Part shown: positions 39,107 through 49,446 of the stretch, piece after piece
Position numbering within the stretch: position 1 is the first letter of the stretch
How the letters are laid out: every line of letters starts with the position of its first letter
NCBI GenBank assembly: GCA_964456505.1
Contig: CAYWAH010000002.1
Coordinates: 7-64,006 of the forward strand
DNA length: 64,000 nt
Origin: an uncultured Clostridium sp.
GTDB lineage: Bacteria; Bacillota; Clostridia; TANB77; CAG-508
Direction: 5' to 3'
Notes under the pieces: generated by a model
Database searches by the model: none
Told to the model about the DNA's origin: nothing
Seen by the model: the letters and a program-made list of their open reading frames with translations, nothing else
Made by a program: the position numbers and the translations under genes

Positions 39107-40210
39107 ATGATGAAAAAGGTTTTGCTTGGCATGAGTGGAGGAGTTGATAGTTCTGCTTGTGCCATTTTACTAAAAGAACAAGGATATGATGTTACAGGAG
39201 TAACTCTTCATTTGTATGAGGGTGGTTGTTGTAATTTGGAGTCTAGTTTGGATGCAAAAAATATTTGCAAAAAAATAGGTGTACCACATTATATACTTGA
39301 CTATATGGACGAATTTAAAAATCAAATAATTGACTACTTTGTGTCTGATTACAATAATTGTTTAACTCCAAATCCATGTGTTGAATGCAACAAATTTATG
39401 AAGTTTGGAATAATGTATGATAAAGCAAAAGAGATGGGAATAGATTACATTGCAACAGGACATTATGCAAAAGTAGAGTATAGTGAAAAATATAAAAGAT
39501 ATGTTTTGAAAAAGGCAAGAAATTTGAAAAAGGATCAGACATATTTTTTATATAGTATTAGAAAAGAAGTTTTACCTTACATTATTTTTCCTTTGCAAGA
39601 TTTTGAAACAAAGGACGAGGTAAGAGAGGTTACAAAGTCACATGGATTTGATGTGTGGTCAAAGCATGATAGTGAAGATATTTGCTTTGTGCCAAATGGA
39701 AATTATAAAGATTTTCTAGAGAGAAATAAATTTGTTGAAAGAAAAGAAGGTAACATTGTTGATAAAGATGGAAACATTTTAGGAAAACATAATGGATTAT
39801 ACAATTACACGATTGGACAAAGAAAAGGTCTTGGAATAGCATATAAAGAACCACTCTTTGTAATTGGATTTAATAGAGCGAAAAACGAAGTTATAGTTGG
39901 CCCAAGAAGTGAACTTTATAAAAAAGAAATTTATGTTAGAGATTGTAATTTGCTTTTAGTCGATGACATTGTTGAACCAATTAAAGTAAGCGTAAAAACT
40001 AGATACTCAAGCAATGAATCAAAAGCAACAATTGAAAAAATAAATATTGAAGATTTCAAAGGTAATGAAAAATATAATGAGAATTTAATGAAAAATGATA
40101 AGTATGTTATTAAGGTTACTTTTGATGAAGAGCAAACGATGATTACACCAGGTCAATCAGCAGTATTTTATATAGATGACATTGTACTTGGCGGTGGAAA
40201 AATTTGCTAA
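39107..40210 (+). CDS. mnmA: tRNA 2-thiouridine(34) synthase MnmA
   Basis: PP-loop GMSGGVDSS, NPCVECN, and the GHYA motif. Confidence 0.9.
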   Translation: MMKKVLLGMSGGVDSSACAILLKEQGYDVTGVTLHLYEGGCCNLESSLDAKNICKKIGVPHYILDYMDEFKNQIIDYFVSDYNNCLTPNPCVECNKFMKFGIMYDKAKEMGIDYIATGHYAKVEYSEKYKRYVLKKARNLKKDQTYFLYSIRKEVLPYIIFPLQDFETKDEVREVTKSHGFDVWSKHDSEDICFVPNGNYKDFLERNKFVERKEGNIVDKDGNILGKHNGLYNYTIGQRKGLGIAYKEPLFVIGFNRAKNEVIVGPRSELYKKEIYVRDCNLLLVDDIVEPIKVSVKTRYSSNESKATIEKINIEDFKGNEKYNENLMKNDKYVIKVTFDEEQTMITPGQSAVFYIDDIVLGGGKIC

Positions 40211-40358
40211 TTCTAATATGGTTCATAAATTGAAAACTATAAATTATAAATTATAAATTATAAAAATCAATTTAGAATATTTTTTAAATATTATGTTAAT
40301 TCTTGCGTAGAATTTAATTTGAAAAATTATTAAGAAATTATTTTAGAAAGGACATATA

Positions 40359-41126
40359 ATGAAAATTTTAGCAGTTGGAGATATAGTAGGAGAAGGCGGT
40401 CTTGAAAAATTAAAGAAGGAGCTTAAGCCAATTCAAGAAGAAGAAAAAATAGATTTTACTGTGGTAAACGCAGAAAATTGTTCAGGCGGAAGTGGCTTAA
40501 CACAAAAAGATTATAATGAACTATGTAAACTTCCAATAGATGTTATGACAATGGGAAATCATACTTGGGGAAAAGCTGATATCTATAAATTTATAAATAA
40601 CAATCCAAGATTAATTAGACCTGCAAATTATTCAAAAGGTGTGCCTGGAAGCGGATATACTGTAATTCAAAAAAATGGAAAGAAATTTTTAGTTATCAAT
40701 TTAATAGGAAGAACAGGAATGCAGGTTTTATCTGATAACCCATTTACTACTGTTGATAAAATATTAAGTAAAGAGAAAGCGGATTACATAATTGTAGATT
40801 TCCATGCTGAAGCAACTGCTGAAAAACTTGCCATGGCATATTATTTAGATGGCAGAGTAAATGTTTTATTTGGCACACATACACATGTACAAACAGCAGA
40901 TGAAATGATTATGGAAAAAGGCACAGGCTATATAACAGATTTAGGGATGACAGGGCCAACACAATCAATAATAGGTATGGATATAAAAGCATCATTAAAA
41001 AGATTTTTAACATCGATACCAGAAAGATATAAATTGGCTGAAGGAGACTCAAAATTAAATTCTGTTGTGTTTGAATTTGATGACGAAAAAAGTCGAATAA
41101 AAAATATTTATAGAGTAAACAAATAG
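40359..41126 (+). CDS. ymdB: YmdB-like metallophosphoesterase (2',3'-cyclic-nucleotide phosphodiesterase family)
   Basis: MKILAVGDIVG...VNAENCSGG...GNHTW...DFHAEATAEK...GTHTHVQTAD, with spoVS downstream as in Bacillus. Confidence 0.85.
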   Translation: MKILAVGDIVGEGGLEKLKKELKPIQEEEKIDFTVVNAENCSGGSGLTQKDYNELCKLPIDVMTMGNHTWGKADIYKFINNNPRLIRPANYSKGVPGSGYTVIQKNGKKFLVINLIGRTGMQVLSDNPFTTVDKILSKEKADYIIVDFHAEATAEKLAMAYYLDGRVNVLFGTHTHVQTADEMIMEKGTGYITDLGMTGPTQSIIGMDIKASLKRFLTSIPERYKLAEGDSKLNSVVFEFDDEKSRIKNIYRVNK

Positions 41127-41260
41127 CAATTGTCAAAAAATGTAAATTTTAATCGATGAAAAAATCCGAAAAATGCTTGATACTACTAGACTTTTTCTTG
41201 CTAATGTATTATAAATATATTTGTAATTACAAAAACATTTTATAATATTAGGAGGAAAGA

Positions 41261-41521
41261 ATGGAAGTTTTAAAAATATCATCAAAATCAAATCCAAATT
41301 CTATAGCAGGTGCTATAGCTGGAATGGTAAAAGAAACAAGAAGAGCAGAGATGCAAGCGATTGGAGCTGGTGCATTAAATCAAGCAGTGAAAGCGGTGGC
41401 TATTGCAAGAGGCTTTGTAGCACCATCTGGCTTTGATTTAGTATGTATTCCTGCATTTGCAGAGGTTCAAGTTGAAGGTGAAGAAAGAACAGGAATGAGA
41501 ATTGTAGTTGAATCTAGATAA
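41261..41521 (+). CDS. spoVS: Stage V sporulation protein S
   Basis: MEVLKISSKSNPNSIAGAIAG...GAGALNQAVKAVAIARGF, an almost invariant SpoVS sequence. Confidence 0.95.
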   Translation: MEVLKISSKSNPNSIAGAIAGMVKETRRAEMQAIGAGALNQAVKAVAIARGFVAPSGFDLVCIPAFAEVQVEGEERTGMRIVVESR

Positions 41522-41527
41522 ATTTAA

Positions 41528-41560
41528 TTTGGGGCGTGTAAATCCACGCCTCAAATTTGT
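41528..41560 (+). terminator. Rho-independent terminator
   Basis: tttggggcgtg-taaatc-cacgcctcaaa stem followed by ttt. Confidence 0.6.
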
Positions 41561-41773
41561 ACATTTAAGTTTGACACAATATAGAATTTTCAAGTGAGAA
41601 TTTTTAAAATAAAATTTTTTGATATAGAATTCTTAGAATAAAATTTTCAAGATAGAAATTTCAATAAAAAATTTGCATTTTAAATATTTGAATTTATGAA
41701 AATACTTGAAAATAAAATGTAAATAGTATATGATTACACTTGCAAAATAGCATAAAAAATTGAAAGGTTTTAA

Positions 41774-43363
41774 ATGAAAAATCAAGGTAGAAACTTTTTT
41801 AAATACATATTTATACTTGTCGTAATTGGCTTAATAGTAGGAGCGTTTTATCTTCTTTATTATAAGAATAAAGGCGATGATGATGATGATGACGATGTTG
41901 TTGATGAAGAAGCTACACAGCAAACAGATAGTGAAATAAGTATTGTTGATAATTTGAAAATGGCGATTACAGGTTATGATACACTAAATCCAATACTTAC
42001 AAAGAACAGAGAAATAATAAATATTGATAAATTAATATTTGAACCATTAGTTTCAATTACTTCTGATTATAATACAGAAAACTGTTTAGCCAAAAGTATA
42101 GAAAAAACTTCAGACACGAAATACACTATAAAATTAGATAGTTCTGTTAAATGGCAAGATGGTAATGATTTGATTGCAAAAGATGTTGAGTTTACTGTAA
42201 ATAAAATAAAGGAAAATAATTCTTTGTATTTGCAAAATGTTGAAAATATTGCTTCAATTGAAATACCTGATGCAGAAACAGTTATTTTTAGTTTAAATCA
42301 GCCGGACAAGTATTTTGAATATAAACTTGATTTTCCAATAATTCCATATCTATATTATGTAAATGAAGACTTTCCTAATTCTTCAAAAATACCAATTGGA
42401 ACAGGAATGTACAAGATAGCAAGTAATGATAATAACAATATTTTTCTTATTATAAATGAAAGATGGAGAAATTATTCAAGTAAAAAGCCAAAAACACAAT
42501 CAATTACAATTCAAAAAACTTCTGCAATAGGAGAAGCTTTTAATGCATTTAAATTAGGAAGCATTGATATTATAAATACTAACAAAACAGATTATAGTAA
42601 CTATGTTGGTACAATGGGTTACAATAAAAAGGAATATTCTGGAAGAAATTTTGATTACATTAGTTTTAATTGCAATGATCAAATTTTGTCGGACAAAGCA
42701 GTAAGAAAGGCGATAGCACAAGCCATAAATAAAGAAAACATTGTTTCGACGGTTTACAAAGATAGTAAAATAGTATCGAATACACCATTAGATTATGGAA
42801 GTTATTTGAATACCAATGATGGGATTCCTGCATACAATCATGATGAAGCAAAGAAAACACTTGAAGATGATGGATGGGTTTTCACAAATAATAGATGGCA
42901 AAAAAATATTGATGGATATGTTAGAAAATTGAGCATATCATTAATTGTTAGAAATGATTCACAAGATAGGATTAATGCATGTGAGAATATAAAAAATCAG
43001 TTAAAAGAGATAGGCATTCAAGTAAACGTCTCTAAAGTTGACATTAATAAGTACAACGAATTACTAAATAGCAAAAATTACCAAATGATGCTTACGGGCG
43101 TTACTAATGCAGTTAGTCCTGATATTGACTTTTTCTATGGTTCAAATAATTTAGCAAATTACCATAATGATGAAATATCTTCAAAAATAAATGATATTCA
43201 AAGTTACAAAGACATAATAAAAATTGCAAATGATGATGTTCCATATATTGGGCTTTACAGAAATAAAATAATATTGCTTTTGAATGCAAATGTTGGTGGC
43301 AATTTTACACCTAATAACTATTTTACATACTACAATTTTAATGAATGGTTTAGACAACAATAG
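41774..43363 (+). CDS. Family 5 (peptide/nickel type) ABC substrate-binding protein, membrane-anchored, with no adjacent transporter genes
   Basis: 529 aa with an N-terminal TM and a poly-Asp linker. SBP_bac_5-like stretches include LVSITSDY..., KWQDGNDL and GTGMYK. Confidence 0.7.
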   Translation: MKNQGRNFFKYIFILVVIGLIVGAFYLLYYKNKGDDDDDDDVVDEEATQQTDSEISIVDNLKMAITGYDTLNPILTKNREIINIDKLIFEPLVSITSDYNTENCLAKSIEKTSDTKYTIKLDSSVKWQDGNDLIAKDVEFTVNKIKENNSLYLQNVENIASIEIPDAETVIFSLNQPDKYFEYKLDFPIIPYLYYVNEDFPNSSKIPIGTGMYKIASNDNNNIFLIINERWRNYSSKKPKTQSITIQKTSAIGEAFNAFKLGSIDIINTNKTDYSNYVGTMGYNKKEYSGRNFDYISFNCNDQILSDKAVRKAIAQAINKENIVSTVYKDSKIVSNTPLDYGSYLNTNDGIPAYNHDEAKKTLEDDGWVFTNNRWQKNIDGYVRKLSISLIVRNDSQDRINACENIKNQLKEIGIQVNVSKVDINKYNELLNSKNYQMMLTGVTNAVSPDIDFFYGSNNLANYHNDEISSKINDIQSYKDIIKIANDDVPYIGLYRNKIILLLNANVGGNFTPNNYFTYYNFNEWFRQQ

Positions 43364-43518
43364 AATAATAATTATAATTAATGAATTAGAATGAAATTAA
43401 AATTATAATGAATGAGTTTGAAAACGATGAATTATTTTCTTACAGAGCGACAAACCATATTCTACAATAGAAAAATTGAATTTTGGAAAACAAATGAAAA
43501 ATTTTTTGAAAAAAACTA

Positions 43519-43547
43519 TTGACAAAAATAAAAATTAAATATAATAT
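43519..43547 (+). promoter_or_regulatory. sigma-A type promoter of recA (TTGACA-17-TAATAT)
   Basis: TTGACA at 43519-43524 and TAATAT at 43542-43547. Confidence 0.6.
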
Positions 43548-43556
43548 GTACATATA

Positions 43557-43570
43557 CGAACAGATGTTTA
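43557..43570 (+). promoter_or_regulatory. LexA (Cheo/SOS) box
   Basis: CGAACAGATGTTTA matches the Gram-positive GAAC-N4-GTTY operator core and lies just downstream of the -10 element. Confidence 0.65.
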
Positions 43571-43587
43571 AATATTAGGAGGTAATT

Positions 43588-44709
43588 ATGGCAAAAAGCA
43601 CAGAAAAATCAAGTGTAGAAAAAATTAATGATAAGAGTGAAAAAGCAAAGGCATTAGATGTTGCAATGTCACAAATAGAGAAAGAATTTGGAAAAGGTTC
43701 TGTAATGAAATTAGGAGAATTCAAAACAATGAATGTTGAAGCAATTCCTACAGGTGCATTAAGCCTTGATGTTGCATTAGGAATTGGAGGAATTCCAAGA
43801 GGAAGAATTGTAGAAGTATTTGGACCAGAATCTTCTGGTAAAACAACACTTGCTTTACATATGATTGCAGAAGCACAAAAAAGAGGAGGAGAAGCAGCAT
43901 TTATTGATGCAGAACATGCTCTTGATCCAGTATATGCAAAGCATTTAGGAGTTGATATAGATAACTTAATAGTTTCACAACCAGATACAGGAGAACAAGG
44001 CCTTGAAATAGCAGAAGCATTGGTTAGATCAGGTGCTATTGATATAATTGTAGTAGATTCAGTTGCTGCATTAGTACCAAAAGCTGAAATAGATGGCGAA
44101 ATGGGAGATGCACATGTTGGTTTACAAGCAAGATTAATGTCACAAGCATTAAGAAAACTAGCAGGTGTAATTAACAAGTCAAATAGTATTATAGTTTTCA
44201 TTAACCAATTAAGAGAAAAAGTTGGAATTATGTTTGGTAATCCTGAAACAACTCCAGGAGGAAGAGCATTAAAATTCTATGCTTCAGTTAGACTTGATAT
44301 TAGAAAAATTGAAAATATCAAAGAAGATGGAGAAGTTAAAGGAAGCAGAGTTAGAGTAAAAGTTGTTAAGAATAAAGTTGCTCCACCATTTAGAGAGGCT
44401 GAATTCGATATTATATATGGTAAAGGAATTTCTAAATCTGGAAACATACTTGACCTAGCAGTTAACTTAGATATAGTAGAAAAGAGTGGCGCATGGTTCT
44501 CATATAATGGAGAAAGAATTGGTCAAGGTAGAGAAAATGCTAAAAAATATCTTGAAGATAATCCAAAGATAATGGATGAAATCGAACAAAAAGTTAGAGA
44601 TAATTATAATGAAGCATTTGAAAAGAGTCTAGCAGATGATGCACCAAAATCTGAAGAAACTGAAGATGAAGCTGATGATTTTGAAGAAGTTCCAGAAGAT
44701 GAAGAATAA
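43588..44709 (+). CDS. recA: Recombinase RecA
   Basis: [12 protein letters not shown], the loop L1/L2 regions, and an acidic C-terminal tail. Confidence 0.97.
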   Translation: MAKSTEKSSVEKINDKSEKAKALDVAMSQIEKEFGKGSVMKLGEFKTMNVEAIPTGALSLDVALGIGGIPRGRIVEVFGPESSGKTTLALHMIAEAQKRGGEAAFIDAEHALDPVYAKHLGVDIDNLIVSQPDTGEQGLEIAEALVRSGAIDIIVVDSVAALVPKAEIDGEMGDAHVGLQARLMSQALRKLAGVINKSNSIIVFINQLREKVGIMFGNPETTPGGRALKFYASVRLDIRKIENIKEDGEVKGSRVRVKVVKNKVAPPFREAEFDIIYGKGISKSGNILDLAVNLDIVEKSGAWFSYNGERIGQGRENAKKYLEDNPKIMDEIEQKVRDNYNEAFEKSLADDAPKSEETEDEADDFEEVPEDEE

Positions 44710-44731
44710 TAAATAGATTGGAATTAATTTA

Positions 44732-45355
44732 GTGAAAACTTATGATTTAGGAGATATAAAAAAATATATCAAAGATAAGTACAATAAAGACATTGAAGTT
44801 GAAGAATATAATTTATCAGAAGATAATCAAGAAAATAAAAATAATCTAGACAATAAAGACTATCAAGGTACTCAAAATAATCAAGAGAATATTTACCAGA
44901 TTAAATCTGATAAATATTCTCAAGATGAAATTGATTCTGCAAAAACTAGAATTCTAAAATATATTACATACAAAAAAAGAACAGTGTATGAAGTAAAAAC
45001 AAAATTCAAAACAATGTATGATGAAGAGCTTTTAGATGAGATAATTGAAAGATTTAAATCATTAGGTTATATAAATGATGATGATTATATAAAAAGAGCT
45101 GTTCATGATTTTATTGTACTAAAACATTTATCAATTTTTGAAATAAAAAATAAGCTCATGGCAAAAGGTATAAATAAAAAAGACATCGAAAATTTTATTT
45201 CTGCAAATGAAGATGAGTTACAAGAATATGAAATAAATTCTGCAAAATATATTGCAAACAAAAAAAGAAAAACAATGGAAGATATTGAAGTAAAACAATA
45301 TCTATATAAAAAAGGATATAGAGAGGAAAGCATTAGAGAAGCATTAGAAGAATAA
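44732..45355 (+). CDS. recX: RecX family regulator, with an N/Q-rich N-terminal extension and GTG start
   Basis: Located just after recA. Shows three-helix repeat patterns (RILKYITYKKRTVYEV, LGYINDDDYIKRAV, LYKKGYREESI). Confidence 0.7.
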   Translation: MKTYDLGDIKKYIKDKYNKDIEVEEYNLSEDNQENKNNLDNKDYQGTQNNQENIYQIKSDKYSQDEIDSAKTRILKYITYKKRTVYEVKTKFKTMYDEELLDEIIERFKSLGYINDDDYIKRAVHDFIVLKHLSIFEIKNKLMAKGINKKDIENFISANEDELQEYEINSAKYIANKKRKTMEDIEVKQYLYKKGYREESIREALEE

Positions 45356-45380
45356 TTAAGTACTATTAGTTTTACAAATT

Positions 45381-45461
45381 AATTCTTATTTGCTATCTTA
45401 ATAAATTGAATACAAAATAAAATTCTTATTTGCTATCTTTAATAAATTAGATATAAAATAA
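45381..45461. repeat. Tandem direct repeat (40 + 41 bp)
   Basis: aattcttatttgctatctt(t)aataaatt.. occurs twice back to back (45381-45420 and 45421-45461) with a few substitutions. Confidence 0.8.
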
Positions 45462-45504
45462 AATTTTTATATTGTAATTAAACTATGCTTTATAAAGAAT
45501 CAAA

Positions 45505-46269
45505 ATGAGAGAATCACTTTTAACATTACAAACAAATAAATATAACATTAAAATTGATAATTTTGAAGGACCACTGGATTTGCTATGCCATTTGATTGAT
45601 TTAAATAAAATGGACATATATGATGTAAACATTAGTGAAATAACAGATCAATACATAGATTACTTAAAAACTATGGAAGAATTGAACCTTGAAATTACCA
45701 GTGAATTTTTAATCATGGCTACAAACTTATTGTATTTAAAATCTAAAAAATTATTGCCTCGTCAAGAAGATGATGAAGAAATGCTTTCGGAAGATGATTT
45801 AATTCAAAGAATTATTGAATACAAGAAGTATAAAGAAATTACAAATAATTTTAGAGAAATGTTTTCTGAAAATTCTAATAGAATATTTAATACAAAAATT
45901 GAACAAATTGAATTGCCAAAATTGGAATTAGAAGAAGAACATGATTATAATGATATAGCAGACATTTATAGAGATATATTAAATAGAGAAAAAGTTAGAG
46001 TAAATAAAAATGCAAAGAACATTGAAAAAATTGCAATCACTGAAAACTATTCAGTAGGAGATACAGTAAAAACAATGTTTAGAGAGCTTATCAGAAAATC
46101 TCATTTTGTATTTAACAAATTATATTCATTAAATAAATGCAATAAAAATGAGGTTGTAACTGCATTTACAGGTTTACTTGAAATGTCAAGAAGAGATAAG
46201 GTTGTAACATCACAAGAAGAGTTATTTGGAGATATAGATGTATCTAAAAAACGAAAAGTTACTAAATAA
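45505..46269 (+). CDS. scpA: Segregation and condensation protein A
   Basis: FEGPLDLLCHLIDLNKMDIYDVNISEITDQYIDYL is the typical ScpA N-terminus. Confidence 0.85.
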   Translation: MRESLLTLQTNKYNIKIDNFEGPLDLLCHLIDLNKMDIYDVNISEITDQYIDYLKTMEELNLEITSEFLIMATNLLYLKSKKLLPRQEDDEEMLSEDDLIQRIIEYKKYKEITNNFREMFSENSNRIFNTKIEQIELPKLELEEEHDYNDIADIYRDILNREKVRVNKNAKNIEKIAITENYSVGDTVKTMFRELIRKSHFVFNKLYSLNKCNKNEVVTAFTGLLEMSRRDKVVTSQEELFGDIDVSKKRKVTK

Positions 46270-46368
46270 ATTTAATGTATGTAAATATTTGAAGGTATTA
46301 ATTTAAAATTTAAAACAATATTGAGAACATAAAAGGAGCAGAGAAAATCTAATTTATAGATTTATAGA

Positions 46369-46416
46369 ATAGAAAAATTGAATTTTGAAAATTCAATTTT
46401 TCTATTTATTTTTTAT
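46369..46416 (+). terminator. Rho-independent terminator
   Basis: atagaaaaattgaatt/aattcaatttttctat is a 16-bp stem followed by T-rich sequence. Confidence 0.7.
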
Positions 46417-46506
46417 TTTGGACTGTTGACTTTATTTGGCTTATATGTTATTTTTATTGTAAATTAAAAAGGCACAAAAGAACATAGAAAGAAAGGAAAT
46501 ATACAA

Positions 46507-47796
46507 ATGAACAATGCTCAATTAGAAGAAGCGAGCAGAAGAAAATTTAATATGAAAATATATCCAATATACTTAACATTTACTTATGACTTTTTATTCT
46601 TTTATGCAATAAAAGTAATGTTCATGAGTGAAGTATGTGGATTTACTAATTCAGAAATAGTATTTTTGGTAACAGTATATTCAATAGCAACAGTTTTTTT
46701 TCAGTTTTTTGTAGCGATAGTAATTGCACTAATAGGAAATAAAAATTCTGCATTTTTAGGAAACATGCTTTTAATGATATTTATAATTTTATTAATGACT
46801 TCAAAAAACTATGGTCTAATAATGCTTGGAGAAATTTTTGCTGCATTTGGATTTGGATTGAAAAATAATAGTGAAATGATGATATTGTTACAATCAATTC
46901 CAACAGATGATACAGTAGAAAAAAATAAAATCTTTTCTAAAATAAATAGAAAAGGATATACAAGATTTTGTATACTTTCAGCAATTTCCGCAATTTTATC
47001 AGGATGGCTTTACAACATAAATCCTTACTTTCCATTTGCAATGACTTTGATATGCTTATTATTTGCAATGTTAATTTTGATAAACTTTTATGACTTTGAA
47101 CATAAAACAAAAAAGTTTTCAAAGAAGCAAATAAAAGAAGAATATAGAAATTTGAAAAAAGGCTACAAATTGACTATAAAATCTAAAAGACTACGTGCAT
47201 TGATTTTATTTGTTAGTTTAATATTGAGTATAAGTGTTTTGCTTACAACTTATGAAATGGTATTACTTCAATTCCTAGAGGTAAGTGCTGGAATACTAGG
47301 AATATTATATGCAGTATTTGAAGCATCAAAAGGAATATTTGCAAAGCAAACATTTAAGATAGAGAAAAAGTTTAAAAATAGAACTCTTAAATCATTACTT
47401 GGAGTACTTTCAGGTTCATTCATTGTAATGGGAGTTATAGCAATAATTGATATAGAAATTCACTTAAAAGTTGCATTGATCGTAGCAATATTGATAGTAG
47501 ATTCTGGAATATGCGGAATGTCAGAAATATTAAATAAAAAGTATTTAAACAATTTCTCAAACGAAAAAATATCTCCAGCAATTTACTCATCAATGCAAAC
47601 AATTGGAGGATTGTTTAGAATACTAACTACTTTTATAGGATCATTTATTTTAAAGTTTTCTGAAATAGATTATGCATTTTTAATTTTTGGTTTTATACTT
47701 ATAGTATTTAGCATTTTAATATCAAACTATGCTGATGGAAAACTTGGATTAAGTCCAGAACAATATGGAGAAAGTGATAATTTTAACAAAAAATAA
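46507..47796 (+). CDS. Polytopic membrane protein, MFS-transporter-like
   Basis: 429 aa with ~11-12 hydrophobic segments and a central basic loop. No specific family recognised. Confidence 0.5.
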   Translation: MNNAQLEEASRRKFNMKIYPIYLTFTYDFLFFYAIKVMFMSEVCGFTNSEIVFLVTVYSIATVFFQFFVAIVIALIGNKNSAFLGNMLLMIFIILLMTSKNYGLIMLGEIFAAFGFGLKNNSEMMILLQSIPTDDTVEKNKIFSKINRKGYTRFCILSAISAILSGWLYNINPYFPFAMTLICLLFAMLILINFYDFEHKTKKFSKKQIKEEYRNLKKGYKLTIKSKRLRALILFVSLILSISVLLTTYEMVLLQFLEVSAGILGILYAVFEASKGIFAKQTFKIEKKFKNRTLKSLLGVLSGSFIVMGVIAIIDIEIHLKVALIVAILIVDSGICGMSEILNKKYLNNFSNEKISPAIYSSMQTIGGLFRILTTFIGSFILKFSEIDYAFLIFGFILIVFSILISNYADGKLGLSPEQYGESDNFNKK

Positions 47797-47807
47797 ATAA
47801 TTGTAAA

Positions 47808-48311
47808 TTAGTCAGATGGTGGATTAATAAAATCCTCATCTGGCTTTTCACATTTTTCAATAGAAGTTATTTTGAACACAGGCATATCCCCATGATAATC
47901 ACCTTTTTCAATCACACCTTTGCAAACAACATAAGTTCCATTATCAAAACTAGATGCTTTATTATTTTCACTTAATATTCCAACAACAACAGATTTATTA
48001 TTAGAATACAAAAGCATATTGCGTGCAAGCACAAATTGATTTTTATTAAAATCAGGCATTCTATAAACATATCCTGTTATACAATATTTCTTACCAACAT
48101 AAGCATCAATATTAGAATGGCAATCCTTTAAAAAGTTACTATATTCATTTGAATTTATAGTAATATAATCCGAATCTTTAATTTGCTTTTTCTCTTTAAC
48201 TACAATTTTAACAATAGAAATTATTAGTGAAATAATTGCAAGAGCAACAATTATAATTATAAAATATTTAAAGAAACTTTTTGAATTTATCTTGAAATTA
48301 TAAATGAACAT
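47808..48311 (-). CDS. Hypothetical membrane-anchored protein
   Basis: The ORF track extends to 48446, but ATG 48311 has SD aaagga and the upstream ATG has none. One TM followed by a soluble domain. Confidence 0.5.
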   Translation of the reverse strand: MFIYNFKINSKSFFKYFIIIIVALAIISLIISIVKIVVKEKKQIKDSDYITINSNEYSNFLKDCHSNIDAYVGKKYCITGYVYRMPDFNKNQFVLARNMLLYSNNKSVVVGILSENNKASSFDNGTYVVCKGVIEKGDYHGDMPVFKITSIEKCEKPDEDFINPPSD

Positions 48312-48482
48312 ATTATTTAATCCTTTCTTTTTTCTAAATACTATGAAACAGGACAAAGATAATATGATAAAAATGCTAAAGAAAAAATCATAAAATATTT
48401 TATAAAACACTTGCAATTGAAAAAAAATTATGTTATTATAAAACATAGTCTAGATAAAAAGAGAACACGGAGGTAATTAGAA

Positions 48483-48680
48483 ATGGCAAAATGTGATTTA
48501 TGTGGCAAAACAGTTGAAAATGGAAATAGAATAAGTATTGCTCGTTCTCATGTTAGTAGAAGAGCAAAAAGAACATGGAAACCTAATTTAAGAACTGTAA
48601 GAATCAGTGTAAATGGTGAAAAGAAAAAAATGCATGTATGTGCAAAATGCTTACGTTCTGCAAAATTAAGCAATGTTTAA
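48483..48680 (+). CDS. rpmB: 50S ribosomal protein L28
   Basis: MAKCDLCGK...SHVSRRAKRTWKPNL. SD ggagg upstream. Confidence 0.9.
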   Translation: MAKCDLCGKTVENGNRISIARSHVSRRAKRTWKPNLRTVRISVNGEKKKMHVCAKCLRSAKLSNV

Positions 48681-48712
48681 TGTTTAAAATGTATTTGTCA
48701 ATGTTTTATGAC

Positions 48713-48759
48713 AGAGGATTTTGACAGAAAAGAGTTCTGTCAAAATCCTCTTTGTTTTG
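48713..48759 (+). terminator. Rho-independent terminator
   Basis: agaggattttgacag/ctgtcaaaatcctct is a 15-bp stem followed by T-rich sequence. Confidence 0.75.
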
Positions 48760-48772
48760 TAAAGGAGAGAAG

Positions 48773-49432
48773 ATGGAGATTTCGACCTCAATATTAAGTG
48801 TAAAAGAAGAAGAATCTGTTCACACATTTTATAGATTGGAAACTGCACACACAGATTATTACCACATAGATGTAATGGACGGAAAGTTTGTAGAAACAAA
48901 CACAATAAATAAAATGCAAAAGTATGCAGATGAATTAAAGAATATAACAAATATTCCAACTGAAGTTCATTTGATGGTTAAAGATGTAAGAAAATATGCT
49001 GACATGTTTTTAGCATGTTCTCCAAGAATAATCTATTTTCATATTGAGGCATTCGAAAATGAAAATGATATTCTCGAAATGATTCAATATATAAAAAATG
49101 AAAACTGCATGGTTGGGCTTGCAATTAATCCTGAAACTGAAATTGAAAAAATATATAAGTTTTTGCCAAAAATACATAATGTGTTAGTAATGAGTGTTCA
49201 TCCAGGTAAAGGTGGACAAGATTTTATTGAAAGTTCAATTGATAAAATTTCTACTTTGAAAAAATATATTGATGAGAACAAACTTGATAATTTGATTGAA
49301 GTTGATGGTGGAGTTAATATAGAAAATGCAAAAACAATAAAAGAAGCCGGAGCTGATTATGTGGTTTGTGGAAGTTATATTATCAATTCGAAAGACTATA
49401 GATACACGATTAATAAGTTTAAAGAGATATAA
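48773..49432 (+). CDS. rpe: Ribulose-phosphate 3-epimerase
   Basis: ISTSILS...YHIDVMDGKFV...HLMV...VMSVHPGKGGQ...VDGG. Confidence 0.9.
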   Translation: MEISTSILSVKEEESVHTFYRLETAHTDYYHIDVMDGKFVETNTINKMQKYADELKNITNIPTEVHLMVKDVRKYADMFLACSPRIIYFHIEAFENENDILEMIQYIKNENCMVGLAINPETEIEKIYKFLPKIHNVLVMSVHPGKGGQDFIESSIDKISTLKKYIDENKLDNLIEVDGGVNIENAKTIKEAGADYVVCGSYIINSKDYRYTINKFKEI

Positions 49433-49446
49433 AAGAGGGAAATTAA

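Noticed and set aside
40240-40263. ataaatt heptamer repeated about 3.5 times after mnmA
   Set aside because: It is a short AT microsatellite in a 3' spacer with no associated feature.
41876-41899. (GAT)n tract encoding poly-Asp in the substrate-binding protein
   Set aside because: It is an in-frame trinucleotide repeat in a linker. It is possibly length-variable but has no frame consequences.
43575-44201. 208-aa ORF antisense to recA, and similar antisense ORFs inside spoVAD, ruvA, ftsE, the dac gene, rplS and others
   Set aside because: They lie entirely within well-supported genes on the opposite strand and give low-complexity S/A/I/P-rich products. These are the typical shadow ORFs.
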